NCBI GenBank assembly: GCA_020638735.1
Contig: JACKHZ010000009.1
Coordinates: 442,505 to 506,504, forward strand
From: Planctomycetota bacterium
GTDB taxonomy: Bacteria > Planctomycetota > UBA1135 > UBA2386
Length of the DNA: 64,000 nucleotides
Direction: 5' to 3'
Positions 45,252 through 56,792 of the stretch are shown one piece after another. A program made the position numbers and the translations under genes. Below the pieces are notes generated by a model. It did not search any database. It saw only the letters and a program-made list of their open reading frames with translations, and was not told where the DNA came from. The number at the start of each line of letters is the position of its first letter. The first letter of the stretch is position 1.

Positions 45252-45319
45252 CTCACGGCGCAGGCGACGTTTCCCCTGGAGGCGCCGGTCTGCTTAGATC
45301 CACGGCAGCCACCAAGGTC

Positions 45320-46674
<1,355 letters not shown>

Positions 46675-46678
<4 letters not shown>

Positions 46679-47463
46679 GCATGAACTTCGGAAGGGAGCA
46701 GGCGCTGCTGAAGCAGCGCCTCGGGGCTGTCGCGACGCCCGCGCAGGCGGCGGAGAAGGAGGCGGAGCACGGCGGGGAGCAGAGCTACCTCGGCGCGCCC
46801 GACGCGGAGGTCGAAGCCGCGGCGATGGATCTCTGCGCCGCCTACCCCGAGATGGGGCGCGCGCAGATGACCGCGTTCGTGCGCACGCTGTGGCAGAGCA
46901 AGGTGCACGAGCTGCGCCAGGTCGGCGTCACGATCCTGGCCGAACGCGCGCAGCTGCTCGAGCCGCACGACCTGCCGTTCGTCGAGACGCTGCTCAAGGA
47001 CCAGAGCGGCTCGGCGCACACTGCCAGGCTCGCCGCGCAAGTGCTCGGCCCGCTGGTCGGCAAGAACAAGAAGCTGTGGAAGGACCTGCAGAAGCTCGCG
47101 CAGAGCGCCAACGAACGCCTGCGCCGCGCGGCCGTGCACGCGACCAAGGCGCCGCTCAGCAGCGACGGCACGGTGTTCGACCGCTTCGAGAAGCTGGTCA
47201 CGCCGCTGCTGGCCGAGGCCGACCAGTTGCTGCAGAAGGCGATCGACGACGTGCTGGTCGCGGCGGCCGCGCAGGCCGGAGACCAGGTGCGCGCGTTCGC
47301 CGACGAGCACGGGCGCAAGGTCAAGCTGCCGAAGGCGAAGCCCGCCAAGACCGTCGAGGTCGCGTCGCCCAAGGCGCCGCCCAAGGCGACCGCCAGGAAG
47401 GCCGCGCCGAAGAAGTCGGCCAAGAAGCCCGCCGCGCCGGCGCGCAGGAAGGCGGCGAAGTAG
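46675..47463 (+). CDS. DNA-alkylation-repair-like HEAT protein with Lys/Ala/Pro-rich histone-H1-like tail
   Basis: ATGA overlap with the CBS stop (46675-46678). The body resembles the AlkD/DNA_alkylation family (WQSKVHELRQVG..., ERLRRAAVHATK). The tail is KLPKAKPAKTVEVASPKAPPKATARKAAPKKSAKKPAAPARRKAAK. Confidence 0.5.
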
Positions 47464-47487
47464 CCGCCGCCGGGGCGCCGGACCACC

Positions 47488-49011
47488 TCAGTTGCCGATC
47501 GTCATCTCGGCGGCGTCCGAAGTCTCGAGCACGGGGAAGCCGAGCGCGTTGAGACCCTGCACATAGATCCTGGCGCCGACCAGCGAGGCGTGCAGCGGGA
47601 TGTTGATCGACTGGAAGCTGCTCATCGACGGGAACTGCAGATGGTCGGCCGACACGTAGAGCGTGCACGAGCTGGCGATCGTCTGCAGCTGCAGCGGCAG
47701 CGACATCCCGGCGTAGTCCGTGTCGGACGTGCCGAGGATCAGGAACTCGAACCCGGTCGGCGTGGTGAGGTTGTCGAAGCGGAAGCTGTAGGCGGTGCCG
47801 ATGTGCGGCAGCCCGATGCCGGGTCGGATGTGCGTGGAGGTGAAGTTGCAGGAGTTCCCGAACGGGCGGAACGAGCCGTCGCGCTCGCCAGCCGCCGCCT
47901 GCGCCAGCATCGTCAGCGAGCCCGCGGTCTGCGAGCCGTTGTAGGTGTTGCTCGCCCCGACCAGCACCACCGGACGCGTGGTCGGCCCGAAGGCCGGGTG
48001 CATCGCGACCGCGCGCCCCATGTCCTCGCCGGCCTCCTGGCCCGCGCGCTCGAACAACAACGAGCCGTCGGCGCCCGAATAGGCACGCACGCGCCCCTGC
48101 GGCGCGGCGGCCGGCTGGCCGACCGCGACATCGGCGAACCCGTCGCCGTCCAGGTCGACGCCGCCGCAGGCGCTCTCGCCGCCGGGCACGGTCAGCAACA
48201 CGGAACCGTCGAAGCCGGAGAGCACGTCCGCCGTAGCGCCGCCGCTGGCCGTGGCGATGACGTCGCCGATGCTGTCGCCGTCCAACCAACCGGCGTCGTC
48301 GACCCGCTCGTAGCCGCCCACCGTCCACACCATGCCCGACGGCTGATGGGCCGTCAGGCCGCCCGGCTCGCGCACCACCAGGTAGCGCGTCCAGACCGAC
48401 GGGCCAGCGATCGCCGCGACGCTCGTCACCGCGCTGCCGAGCGAGGCGATCGGGGCGCCGTTGCTGCCGGACACGACCTCGACGACGCCGCCGACGAGCC
48501 AGGCCAGGTCCGGCACCTGGTCGAAGTTCCAGTCGCCGGCCGCGACCAGCGCGTCGACCGCGACGGGGAACGCGTTCAACAGCGACGCGTCGGCGCCCGA
48601 GACGAGGTGCACGGCGCTCTGGGTGGCGACCAACACGTCGGGCACGAGGTCGCCGTCGACGTCGCCCGGCGCGGCGAGCAGCCGGCCGGCGCCGTCGACG
48701 CCGAGGACCGGCACATACGTATGCAGGATCGCGCCGTCGAGGCCGGACAGCAGGCTCACCTTGCCCCCGCCCACGGAGCCGGTGACGGGGAAATGGAACG
48801 GGTCGGCAACGGCGACGTCGCGCCAACCGTCGCCGTCGACGTCCCCGACCACCACGACGGCCCGACCGTAGCCGCCGCCGCCGAAGATGCCGTCGCCGAA
48901 CGTACGCAGCAGCTGCCGCGCGTGCTGCGACGGCAGCGCCGCAGCGAGTGCGGTCAGCACGAGCGGGAAGGTCGAGGCACCGACGATGGAGGCGAGGGGC
49001 GAGGTGTTCAT
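47488..49011 (-). CDS. Secreted FG-GAP/VCBS repeat (integrin-alpha-like propeller) protein
   Basis: Trimmed to MNTSPLASIVGASTFPLVLTALAAA. Repeats such as VGDVDGDGWRDVAV, GDVDGDLVPDVLV, VDLDGDGFADVAV. A C-terminal ~120-aa module ends ...IPLHASLVGARIYVQGL. Confidence 0.75.
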   Translation of the reverse strand: MNTSPLASIVGASTFPLVLTALAAALPSQHARQLLRTFGDGIFGGGGYGRAVVVVGDVDGDGWRDVAVADPFHFPVTGSVGGGKVSLLSGLDGAILHTYVPVLGVDGAGRLLAAPGDVDGDLVPDVLVATQSAVHLVSGADASLLNAFPVAVDALVAAGDWNFDQVPDLAWLVGGVVEVVSGSNGAPIASLGSAVTSVAAIAGPSVWTRYLVVREPGGLTAHQPSGMVWTVGGYERVDDAGWLDGDSIGDVIATASGGATADVLSGFDGSVLLTVPGGESACGGVDLDGDGFADVAVGQPAAAPQGRVRAYSGADGSLLFERAGQEAGEDMGRAVAMHPAFGPTTRPVVLVGASNTYNGSQTAGSLTMLAQAAAGERDGSFRPFGNSCNFTSTHIRPGIGLPHIGTAYSFRFDNLTTPTGFEFLILGTSDTDYAGMSLPLQLQTIASSCTLYVSADHLQFPSMSSFQSINIPLHASLVGARIYVQGLNALGFPVLETSDAAEMTIGN

Positions 49012-49199
49012 GCGCGGACTCTCCGAGGGACGGCAGAGCATAGCGGAGCACTGCGGGGGATCGCGCCGAGCTGACGGCGCGCCGCCGAGGCTCGGGGTCC
49101 GCCGCCCTGATCGGATTCCCCCGGCCAATGCTCACGATTCGACGCCTGCGGCTGTCGCGCGCCCATCGGCGCAGCTCGCACACCAGAAACCGAGGATCC

Positions 49200-51296
49200 A
49201 TGACCCGTCACACCCCAGCCACCCTGTTGGCGCTCGCCACCGCACTGTCCACCGCATCCGCCCAGAGCCTCCTGCAGCAGTACGGTGAGAACGTGCAGGG
49301 CTCCAACGAGACCGTCGCCGCCGGCGTGACGGTCGCTGCCTCGGCCGCCACCAGCGTCCCGGTGATGGACCTGGACGGCAACATCGTCTGGCGCGCCAAG
49401 CTGGCCGGCGCCTCGATCACCACGGCCAACGACTACGCGCTGTTCTACGGTCGCAACGGCAACGACCTGACGATGCTGTTCCAGGAAGGCGACGCGGACC
49501 CGTCGGGCACCTACGGCAACGCGACCGCCAGCGGCAGTCAGTGGGACAACCACCGGCTCAGCCCGGAGAACGACTTCCTCGTCTGGGGCACGTCGCTCGT
49601 GCAGGACGGGGCGACGATCGTCTCCACCAACGACACCCTGGTCTACTGGGGCCAGGTCGGCAGCGCGCCGCTGATCCTGATCCAGGAAGGCACCACCGTG
49701 ATGCCGAGCGGCGGCGCCGTCGCCAGCGGCACGCAGTCGGCCGCGCCCGGCCAGTTCGTGATGAACTCGACCGGCACGGCGATCTTCAAGGCCACGTTCG
49801 CCGGCGGCGACGTCGGCGTCTTCAACGGCATCAGCACTTGGGGCAACGACGCGCTGCTGGTCGGCACGCCGGGCAACCTGTCGTGGGTCTGCCGCGAAGG
49901 CGACCTGATCAACGGCGGCCAGCAGGCAATCGGCAACCTGACGTTCTTCGGCAGCAGCTCGCCGGTGACGATCGACGACCAGGGCCGGTCCGTTTTCGCG
50001 CAGGCGCTGTCGACGACCGAGGGCCTCAGCCCCGCGACCTCGAACGACGACGCCACGCTGCTGCTCTACACGCCCGGCTCAGGCCTGTCGCTGCTGATCC
50101 GCGAAGGTGACGCCGCAGCCGACACCAACCCGCCGCTCGGCGAGGGCAACCTCTACGGCACGCTGAACCTGCCCCGCGCCAGCCTGTCGCGCCACAACGG
50201 CCACGTGCTGTTCCTCAGCAACATGACCGGCGGCAACGTCACCGGCGCGAACGACGACATCGGCATCTTCGCCGGCCAGATCGGCGGCGGCTTCACCCGC
50301 GTCGCCCGCGAGAGCGAGGCCGCGCCGACCGGCGTGTCGGGTGAGACCTACAGCGCCTTCTTCACCAACGGCTCGCAGTCGATCAACGACAACGGCACCG
50401 TGATCTTCGTCGCCCAGCTCGGCAACGCCGCGAGCACCGCCTCGGACGTCGCGATCTTCCGCGCCGTGCCGCCCTACGGCCCCGGCGACGTGACGATGAT
50501 CCTGCGCGAAGGCGACGCCGTCGCCGGCCTGCCCGTCGGCTGGACGGTCAGCAACACGAACGGCGGCGGCATGGGCTCGAGCTCCACGCACCCGCTGCTC
50601 AACGACCGCGAGATGGTGCTGGTCAACGTCGCCGGTGTCGGTGATCCGACCCAGGCCAACTGGGGCACCCCGGGCACGATCTGCTGGGACCCGGAGCACG
50701 GCGCGCGCGCCTTCTACGTGCAGGGTGACACGTTCACCGTCAACGGCAACGTCTGGGCGACCTCGTCGGCCGCCGGCTTCAACGGCAGCAACAGCTACGC
50801 CTCGGGCGACGGCTGCATGATGCAGTTCAACAACAACGGCGACGTCTGCCTGAAGATGTTCAGCGGCTCGGAGAACGCGGTCGTGCGCGGCCACGTCGGT
50901 TCGATGATCTGCGAGCCGGCGTCGGTGCCCGCCGCCGGCGGCGTCGCGCACGACTTCCACATCGACTGCGGCCCCGCCCACGCCAACGAGTTCTACCTCG
51001 TCATCGCGTCGGGCGCCGGCACGCGGCCGGGCTTCCTCAACCCGCTCAACCCGAGCCTGCACGTGCCGCTCAACCCGGACTTCTGGCTGGGCGCGACGAT
51101 CGAGCTCCCGAACTCGACGATCTGGCAGAACAGCTTCTGGCTCACCGACGCGAACGGCGCGGGCAGCGCGTCCTTCCAGCTGCCGGCCGGCCTGCCCGGC
51201 GCGCTGGGGCTCGGCCTGCACCACGCCGCGGCGCTGTTCGACCTGTCGCTGACCGGCACGTTCGTCACCGAGCCGAGCAAGGTGCGCCACTACTGA
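49200..51296 (+). CDS. Secreted repeat protein (about 7 x N(D/N)xGxV(I/A)F-type blades), unknown function
   Basis: Signal peptide MTRHTPATLLALATALSTASAQS. Recurrent motifs MNSTGTAIFKATF, IDDQGRSVFAQAL, INDNGTVIFVAQL, FNNNGDVCLKMF. Confidence 0.6.
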   Translation: MTRHTPATLLALATALSTASAQSLLQQYGENVQGSNETVAAGVTVAASAATSVPVMDLDGNIVWRAKLAGASITTANDYALFYGRNGNDLTMLFQEGDADPSGTYGNATASGSQWDNHRLSPENDFLVWGTSLVQDGATIVSTNDTLVYWGQVGSAPLILIQEGTTVMPSGGAVASGTQSAAPGQFVMNSTGTAIFKATFAGGDVGVFNGISTWGNDALLVGTPGNLSWVCREGDLINGGQQAIGNLTFFGSSSPVTIDDQGRSVFAQALSTTEGLSPATSNDDATLLLYTPGSGLSLLIREGDAAADTNPPLGEGNLYGTLNLPRASLSRHNGHVLFLSNMTGGNVTGANDDIGIFAGQIGGGFTRVARESEAAPTGVSGETYSAFFTNGSQSINDNGTVIFVAQLGNAASTASDVAIFRAVPPYGPGDVTMILREGDAVAGLPVGWTVSNTNGGGMGSSSTHPLLNDREMVLVNVAGVGDPTQANWGTPGTICWDPEHGARAFYVQGDTFTVNGNVWATSSAAGFNGSNSYASGDGCMMQFNNNGDVCLKMFSGSENAVVRGHVGSMICEPASVPAAGGVAHDFHIDCGPAHANEFYLVIASGAGTRPGFLNPLNPSLHVPLNPDFWLGATIELPNSTIWQNSFWLTDANGAGSASFQLPAGLPGALGLGLHHAAALFDLSLTGTFVTEPSKVRHY

Positions 51297-52075
51297 TCGG
51301 CGCCCGCGAGCGTCTGCGCGCAGCGCAGCGCCCGCTCCAGACCGACGGCGAGGTGCGCGCCGTGCCAGCTGAAGTCGCGGCCGTCGCACAGCACCAGCTG
51401 CGCCGCGCCGAAGCGGCCCGACGCGCACAACGCGTCGCGCTGCGCCGCGTCGAACGCCCACGGCTCGCTGGCCAGCAGCACGACGTCGACGCCGTCCGCC
51501 CTCGCCTGCTCGGGTGAGAGCTCCGGATATCGGGCCGACGGGCCGTCGACGGCGGCGACGTTGTCGAGGCCGACCGCCGCCAGCACGTCGTGCACGAACG
51601 TGCCGGGCCCGACGGTCATCCAGGGCTTCGGCCAGATCGCGTAGTAGACGCGGCGACGCGGCCGGCCGCGGGTCGCGTCGTGCGCCTGTCGCCGCGTCGC
51701 GGCGATGCGGGCGACGACCGGCGTCGCCGCGTCTGGCGCGCCGAGCGCCGCCGCCAGCTCGACGAGCGCGGCTGAGGCTTCTTCGATCGTGACCGGCGTC
51801 TGCGCCAACACCGGCACCCGCGCCGCCAGCCACTCGAGGTCCTCGACGCGGTTCTCCTCGCGGTTCATCAGCACCAGCTCCGGCGCCAGCGCCAGCACCG
51901 CCTCGCGGTCCGGGTTCTTGGTGCCGCCGACGCGCGCCACACAGCGCAGCGCCGCGGCCGGCTCGCTGCAGTACCGCGTGCAGCCGACCAGTCGCGCGCC
52001 GGCGCCGAACGCCACCACCGACCCGGTCGTGCTCGGCACCAGGCTGACGATGCGCTGCGGGATCGCGTTCACCAC
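51290..52075 (-). CDS. Cobalamin/siderophore-type periplasmic-binding-fold protein (BtuF-like helical-backbone receptor), no obvious signal peptide
   Basis: RIVSLVPSTT..V.A.GAG.RLVG.T.YC..P, PDREAVLALAPELVL, W..PWMTVG.GTF..DVL is a typical class III PBP pattern. Confidence 0.65.
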   Translation of the reverse strand: MVNAIPQRIVSLVPSTTGSVVAFGAGARLVGCTRYCSEPAAALRCVARVGGTKNPDREAVLALAPELVLMNREENRVEDLEWLAARVPVLAQTPVTIEEASAALVELAAALGAPDAATPVVARIAATRRQAHDATRGRPRRRVYYAIWPKPWMTVGPGTFVHDVLAAVGLDNVAAVDGPSARYPELSPEQARADGVDVVLLASEPWAFDAAQRDALCASGRFGAAQLVLCDGRDFSWHGAHLAVGLERALRCAQTLAGADQ

Positions 52076-52097
52076 CGCACGCTACAGGAGCGGCGCG

Positions 52098-52976
52098 CTA
52101 CTGCCCCGCCTTCTGCTGCAGCTCCTGGTTGTTCGGGTGGCGACGCAGGCCGCGGCGCCAGATCTCCGCCGCGCGCTCGGGCTCGCGCTCGGCGAGCAGG
52201 TTGCCGAGGTAGAGGTAGGTCTGCGCCTGGTCGTCCTGCACCGGCATCGAGTCCTGCTGGTCGATCAGCGTCTCGAAGTGCGCGATCGCGTCCTTCTTCT
52301 TGCCGAGGAAGTCGGGGTAGAACGTGTAGCTGACCGCCTTGGTGAAGCGCGCCTCCCAGTGATGGTCGTCGAGCGCGAGCACCTTGTCGAACTGCTTGTC
52401 CGCCTTCATCGAGAACTGCCACTTGCTCTGGTCCATCTGCACGTACGACATGCAGGCGCGCGCCAGCTGCATCTGCGACTCCGGGTCGTTGGGATTGGCC
52501 TCGGCCAGCTCCTCGAACTTCGCGATCACGTCGTCCATGCGGCCGGCTTCGAACGCCTTCCGCCACAGCGCCGAGTCGCTCCAGAAGTTGGTGCCGGCCA
52601 ACTTGTCGAAGTCCCGCTCCAGGTCGAACGCCGCCTCGCCGCCGTCGCCGCCCGCCGCGGCGTCGGCCGCTTCGGCGCGTCCCGCGCGCTTCGACAGGTA
52701 GAGTTCGACCGCCGCGGCGATCATCTCCTGGGTGACCGGGGCGGCTTCGCGCCGCTGGACCGGCGCTGCGGCCACCGGCTCCGGGCGATCGCGCAGCGCG
52801 TCGAGTGCGCCGCGTAGCTCTTCGTTCGCCCGCTGCAGGTCCCCGAGGCGCGTCTCCACGTCGAGCAGCTTCATCGCCGCGGCGTCGTCGGCGGGCGGCC
52901 GCAACGCGAAGGAGACGCCGGCAGCGGCGGCGGTGGCGAGCACGGCGGAGACGACGACGACGGCGGTGGTGTTCAT
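52098..52976 (-). CDS. Membrane-anchored TPR-like protein
   Basis: N-terminal anchor (VVVVSAVLATAAAAGV), a coiled-coil, and TPR-like helices (AKFEELAEANPNDPESQMQLARACM...). Confidence 0.55.
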   Translation of the reverse strand: MNTTAVVVVSAVLATAAAAGVSFALRPPADDAAAMKLLDVETRLGDLQRANEELRGALDALRDRPEPVAAAPVQRREAAPVTQEMIAAAVELYLSKRAGRAEAADAAAGGDGGEAAFDLERDFDKLAGTNFWSDSALWRKAFEAGRMDDVIAKFEELAEANPNDPESQMQLARACMSYVQMDQSKWQFSMKADKQFDKVLALDDHHWEARFTKAVSYTFYPDFLGKKKDAIAHFETLIDQQDSMPVQDDQAQTYLYLGNLLAEREPERAAEIWRRGLRRHPNNQELQQKAGQ

Positions 52977-53036
52977 GGGCGCCCCGCTACTCTACCTTGG
53001 TCCACCTATTTTCCCGGCCCGCGCCCCGCCCGCCCC

Positions 53037-53786
53037 ATGCAGGTCTACGACACCCACTGCCACCTCGGCCTCGACGACCCGAGCACCGCCGACCAGGACC
53101 ACCACAACGCCGTCGCCGCGCGCGTGACGGCGATGCTGGTGGTCGGCATCGACCTCGCGACCAGCACCGCCGCGCGCGCGCTGACCCGCCTGCCCGGCGT
53201 GCGCTGGAGCGCCGGCCTGCACCCCAACGACGCGACGAGCTTCGACGCCGAGTGGCCGGGCCTGTGCGAGCTGGCCCGCGACCCGTCGTGCGCGGCGATC
53301 GGCGAGACGGGCATGGACTGCTTCCGCGACCGCACGCCGATCGACCAACAGGAACGCTCCCTGCGCGCCCACCTGGCGCTCGCCCGGGAGCTGGACAAGC
53401 CGGTCATCTTCCACTGTCGCGACGCGTTCGAGCCGATGTTCCTCGTGCTCGCCGACGAACCGCCGGTGCGCGGCGTCATGCACTGCTTCTCCGGCGGGGT
53501 CGCCGAGGCGCGGCGGGCGCTCGACCTCGGCTACCTGCTGTCGTTCGCCGGGCCGCTGACCTACCCGAAGAGCGACGCGCTGCGCGAGGCGTGCGCGTTC
53601 GCGCCGCTCGACCGCGTGCTGGTCGAGACCGACGCGCCCTTCCTGCCGCCGCAGTCGCGCCGCGGCAAGCGCAATGAGCCGGCGCTGGTCGTCGAGACGC
53701 TGCAGAAGCTCGCCGACGTGCGCGGCATCCCCCTCGCCGAGGCAGCCGAGGCGACGTTCGCCAACGCGCGGCGCTGTTTCGGCTGA
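53037..53786 (+). CDS. tatD: TatD-family metal-dependent hydrolase/DNase
   Basis: MQVYDTHCHL, GETGMD, PVIFHCRDA, GVMHCFSG, ETDAPFL. Confidence 0.9.
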   Translation: MQVYDTHCHLGLDDPSTADQDHHNAVAARVTAMLVVGIDLATSTAARALTRLPGVRWSAGLHPNDATSFDAEWPGLCELARDPSCAAIGETGMDCFRDRTPIDQQERSLRAHLALARELDKPVIFHCRDAFEPMFLVLADEPPVRGVMHCFSGGVAEARRALDLGYLLSFAGPLTYPKSDALREACAFAPLDRVLVETDAPFLPPQSRRGKRNEPALVVETLQKLADVRGIPLAEAAEATFANARRCFG

Positions 53787-53799
53787 GGCGCCGCGCCGT

Positions 53800-55653
53800 T
53801 CAGCGCGGCGGCGCCGCCAGCGAACGCACCAGGCCGAACACCGTCGCGTCGCCCGGGAAGTCGCGCTGCAGCGCGAGCAGCTCGTCGCGTGCCTCCTGCG
53901 CGCGACCGAGACCCTGCAAGGTCAGGAAGCGATCGGCGCGCACGCCGACCGGCGCCAGGCCGCGCGCGATGCTGGCGTCCAGCAGCTGCAACGCGCCCTC
54001 GTAGTCGCCGAGCCCACGGCGCGCGGCGGCGGCGAGCTGGTAGACGTAGCCCTTCGGCGGCGCGATCTCGAGGCACGACAGCGCGCGCGGCCCAGCCGTC
54101 TCGAAGTAGCGCGGGTCACCGAGCACCCGACCGGCCTGCAGTTCGGCCTGCACCCACAGCGTTCGCGCCCAGGGATCCTCGGGGCCCTGCGCGCACAGCC
54201 GCTGCGCGACGACCAGCGCTTCGTCGGGCCGCGCCAGCTCGTCCGGCAGCGACACGAGCGCCTCGGTGAAGTGGCGCAGCAGGTCGTAGTGCGCCGGGTA
54301 GAGCAGGTGCGCCGTGCGCAGCGGATCGACCGAGGCGACGACGTCGCCTTCGCGGCGCAGCGTGGCACCCAGCCCCCACCACGCGCGGAAGTCGTCGGGA
54401 TTGCGCGCCAGCTCCTGCCGCCACAGCGTGCGTTCGTCGCGGTAGTCGAGCGACCGCGACGCCGACCCGGCGACACCCAGCGCCAGCAGCACGCCGCACG
54501 CGACCGGCATCGCGCGCGGCGTGGCCCGACGACGCACGGCAGCGGCGAGCCGGGGCGACAACGCCGCGAGCACGGCCGCGAAGCCGACCATCGGCCCGTA
54601 CAGGCGGTGCTCGGCGAGCGGCATGTTGAGCGGCACGACGATCCACGGCGCGGCGATCGCCCACGCGAGCACGACACCGATGCGGGTCAGCCGAGCCGAA
54701 GGCGCGCGCCACAGCGCCGCGACCGTCAAGCCGCCGAGGCTCGCCCAGCCGAGCAGCGCGAACGGGTCGTCGAAGCCGGTGTAGTGCACCTCGGGGTTCA
54801 CCGACAACGTGGTCGGCGCGACGGCCTGACACAGCACGCGCGGCAGCAACGTGCCCATCGTCGCCAGCTGCGTCGACAGCGAGCGGCCGTAGCCGGACAG
54901 CGGGTCTTCGCCGCCGCGGCCGAGCAATTGCACCGTCGCCTGTCCGAGCAGCAGCTTGCGCGCGAGCAGGTAGGCCCCGACGACGGCGAGCACCGGCAGC
55001 ACTGCACCGGCGGTGCGCAGCCACTCACGGCGGTCCGGCCAGCGATGGCGGAGGCACGTCGCCTGCAGCAGCAGCAGCGCCGGTAGCACGACCCCGGTCT
55101 CCTTGCTGCCGACGGCGAGCACCGCGCCGAGCAGCATCGCCGCCAGCGCCGCGCCACCGCTCCGGCGACGCTGCCACGAGACGTGCGCGCACATCGCGAC
55201 CAGCACGCCGAACGTCGTCAGCAGCTCGCTGCGCGCCGAGACGAGGTTGATCGCCTCCGAGGCCAGCGGGTGCACTGCGAACAGCGCAGCGGCGACCGCC
55301 GCGGCGCGGCGCCGTCGCGACAGCTGCCACAGCCAGGCGCAGAGCAGCGCCGCGGTCGCCGCGTGCAGCAGCACGTTGCCGGCCTTGAGGCTCCAGGCCG
55401 CGGGGCTGATCCACAGGTTCAGCGCGAAGCTGGTCAGCAGCGCGGGGCGGTACATGCGCGACGCCGCGCCGCTGAACGCGCCCGGATCGACCCAGAACCG
55501 CCCGAGGTTGCCGAGGTCGTGCAGCGCCGGGTTGGCATCCACCGAGTGGATGTCGTCGAACACGTAGACGCCGGTCAGCGCGGCGCCGTAGGCGACCACG
55601 GCCAGCAGCGCGACGACGGCGAACAGCCCAAACGGAGTGCGGCGCGCGTTCAC
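53800..55653 (-). CDS. TMTC-like GT-C membrane glycosyltransferase (DUF1736-type) with C-terminal TPR repeats
   Basis: Start at GTG (VNARRTPFGLFAVVALLAVV), with a GTGA overlap with the GT4 stop (55650-55653). YVFDDIHSVDANPALHD matches the F(V/I)xDDxxA(I/V)xxNP signature of the TMTC/PMT_2-like family. About 10 TM helices, then TPRs. Confidence 0.7.
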   Translation of the reverse strand: MNARRTPFGLFAVVALLAVVAYGAALTGVYVFDDIHSVDANPALHDLGNLGRFWVDPGAFSGAASRMYRPALLTSFALNLWISPAAWSLKAGNVLLHAATAALLCAWLWQLSRRRRAAAVAAALFAVHPLASEAINLVSARSELLTTFGVLVAMCAHVSWQRRRSGGAALAAMLLGAVLAVGSKETGVVLPALLLLQATCLRHRWPDRREWLRTAGAVLPVLAVVGAYLLARKLLLGQATVQLLGRGGEDPLSGYGRSLSTQLATMGTLLPRVLCQAVAPTTLSVNPEVHYTGFDDPFALLGWASLGGLTVAALWRAPSARLTRIGVVLAWAIAAPWIVVPLNMPLAEHRLYGPMVGFAAVLAALSPRLAAAVRRRATPRAMPVACGVLLALGVAGSASRSLDYRDERTLWRQELARNPDDFRAWWGLGATLRREGDVVASVDPLRTAHLLYPAHYDLLRHFTEALVSLPDELARPDEALVVAQRLCAQGPEDPWARTLWVQAELQAGRVLGDPRYFETAGPRALSCLEIAPPKGYVYQLAAAARRGLGDYEGALQLLDASIARGLAPVGVRADRFLTLQGLGRAQEARDELLALQRDFPGDATVFGLVRSLAAPPR

Positions 55654-56792
55654 GCGACCTCCCGCGCGGCGACGCCGCCCAACTCGCGCCACAGCCTGCT
55701 GCAGCGCGTCGCCAACGCTCCGGTGCCGAAGTGCCGGTCGTAGGCGGGGCGCGCGGCCGTCGCGGCGGCACGCAGCGCCTCGGGTGACGCGGCGAGTTCG
55801 CGCAGCGTCGCGGCCAGCGCCTGCACGTCGCCGGCCGGCGTCAGCACGACGGCGCCAGAGCCGTCGAGCCAGCGGCGAACGGCCGGCGTGTCGGCGGTCA
55901 CCACCGGCCGTCCGGCGGCCAGCGCGTGCACGAGCTTGAACGGCACGACCCGCTGCGCCTTGCCGCCGTCGCCGAACACTCCGGCGACCAGCTGCGAATC
56001 GGCGAGCAGCGCGGCGAGCCGTTCGCGATCGACGAACTCGGGTTCGAGCGTCACGGTGTGGCCCAGCAGCCCGCGCGCCAGCGCGCGGTCGGCGGCCGTC
56101 CCGCCGACCAGCGTCAGTGCGACGTCCGGCACCTGGGCGACCGCGTGCAGCAGCGTGCGCAGGCCGTGCAGCGGCACGCCGGTGCCGAAGAACAACAGCC
56201 GCAGCGGACCGTCACCGCGCGCCCCGTGCGGCACGGGATGCTGCGGCGCGTCGGGGTCGTGCACCGGCAGCCACGCGAAGCGCTCGGCCGGCAGGCCGGT
56301 CAGGGACGAGGCGTAGAGCGCGTTCTCCGGCGTGTCGAGCAGCACGCGGTCGGCGGCGCTGCACGCGGCGCGGTCCAGGCGTTGCAGCCACGCCGCGCCG
56401 AGCGAGCCCGGCAGCACCAGGCGGCGGTCCTCGACGATCGTGTCGTAGGCGGACAGGAACAGATCGAGCACCACCGGCACGTCGACCGCTTCGCGCACGG
56501 CGCCGACGATCGCGTGGCCCGGATACGGCACCAGCACGGCGTCCGGGCGGTCTGCAGCGAGCGCGCGGCGCAGCATGCCCAGCAGCTCCTGTCGGGCACG
56601 GCGCTGCTCGAGCCACAGCCGGGGCCACCGCCACGGCGCGCGCAGCAGCCGCTGCTTGTCGCGGCCGAGCCCCGACACGCGGCAGTCGCGCACCGGCACG
56701 CCGGCAGCAGCGAAGCCCTGGCGCAGCGACCGCGCGCGCGGATAGCCCGGGCCCTCGTCCCAGGCGCCGCAGAACAGCAGTCCGCCGCTCAC
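55650..56792 (-). CDS. Glycosyltransferase family 4 (GT-B, GT1/GT4-like)
   Basis: GT-B two-domain pattern. The C-terminal half LLFFGTG.PLHG...L..........L.LVGG......... and E.FG...VVPFKLVHALAAGRPVVTAD is typical of Glycos_transf_1. GTGA overlap with the GT2 stop (56789-56792). Confidence 0.7.
   Translation of the reverse strand: MSGGLLFCGAWDEGPGYPRARSLRQGFAAAGVPVRDCRVSGLGRDKQRLLRAPWRWPRLWLEQRRARQELLGMLRRALAADRPDAVLVPYPGHAIVGAVREAVDVPVVLDLFLSAYDTIVEDRRLVLPGSLGAAWLQRLDRAACSAADRVLLDTPENALYASSLTGLPAERFAWLPVHDPDAPQHPVPHGARGDGPLRLLFFGTGVPLHGLRTLLHAVAQVPDVALTLVGGTAADRALARGLLGHTVTLEPEFVDRERLAALLADSQLVAGVFGDGGKAQRVVPFKLVHALAAGRPVVTADTPAVRRWLDGSGAVVLTPAGDVQALAATLRELAASPEALRAAATAARPAYDRHFGTGALATRCSRLWRELGGVAAREVA

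Noticed and set aside
52076-53036. Possible cobalamin riboswitch upstream of the BtuF-like binding protein
   Set aside because: Only 22 nt separate it from the upstream TPR gene, and only 60 nt lie upstream of that gene. That is too short for a ~200-nt B12 element, and no B12-box-like sequence was noticed.
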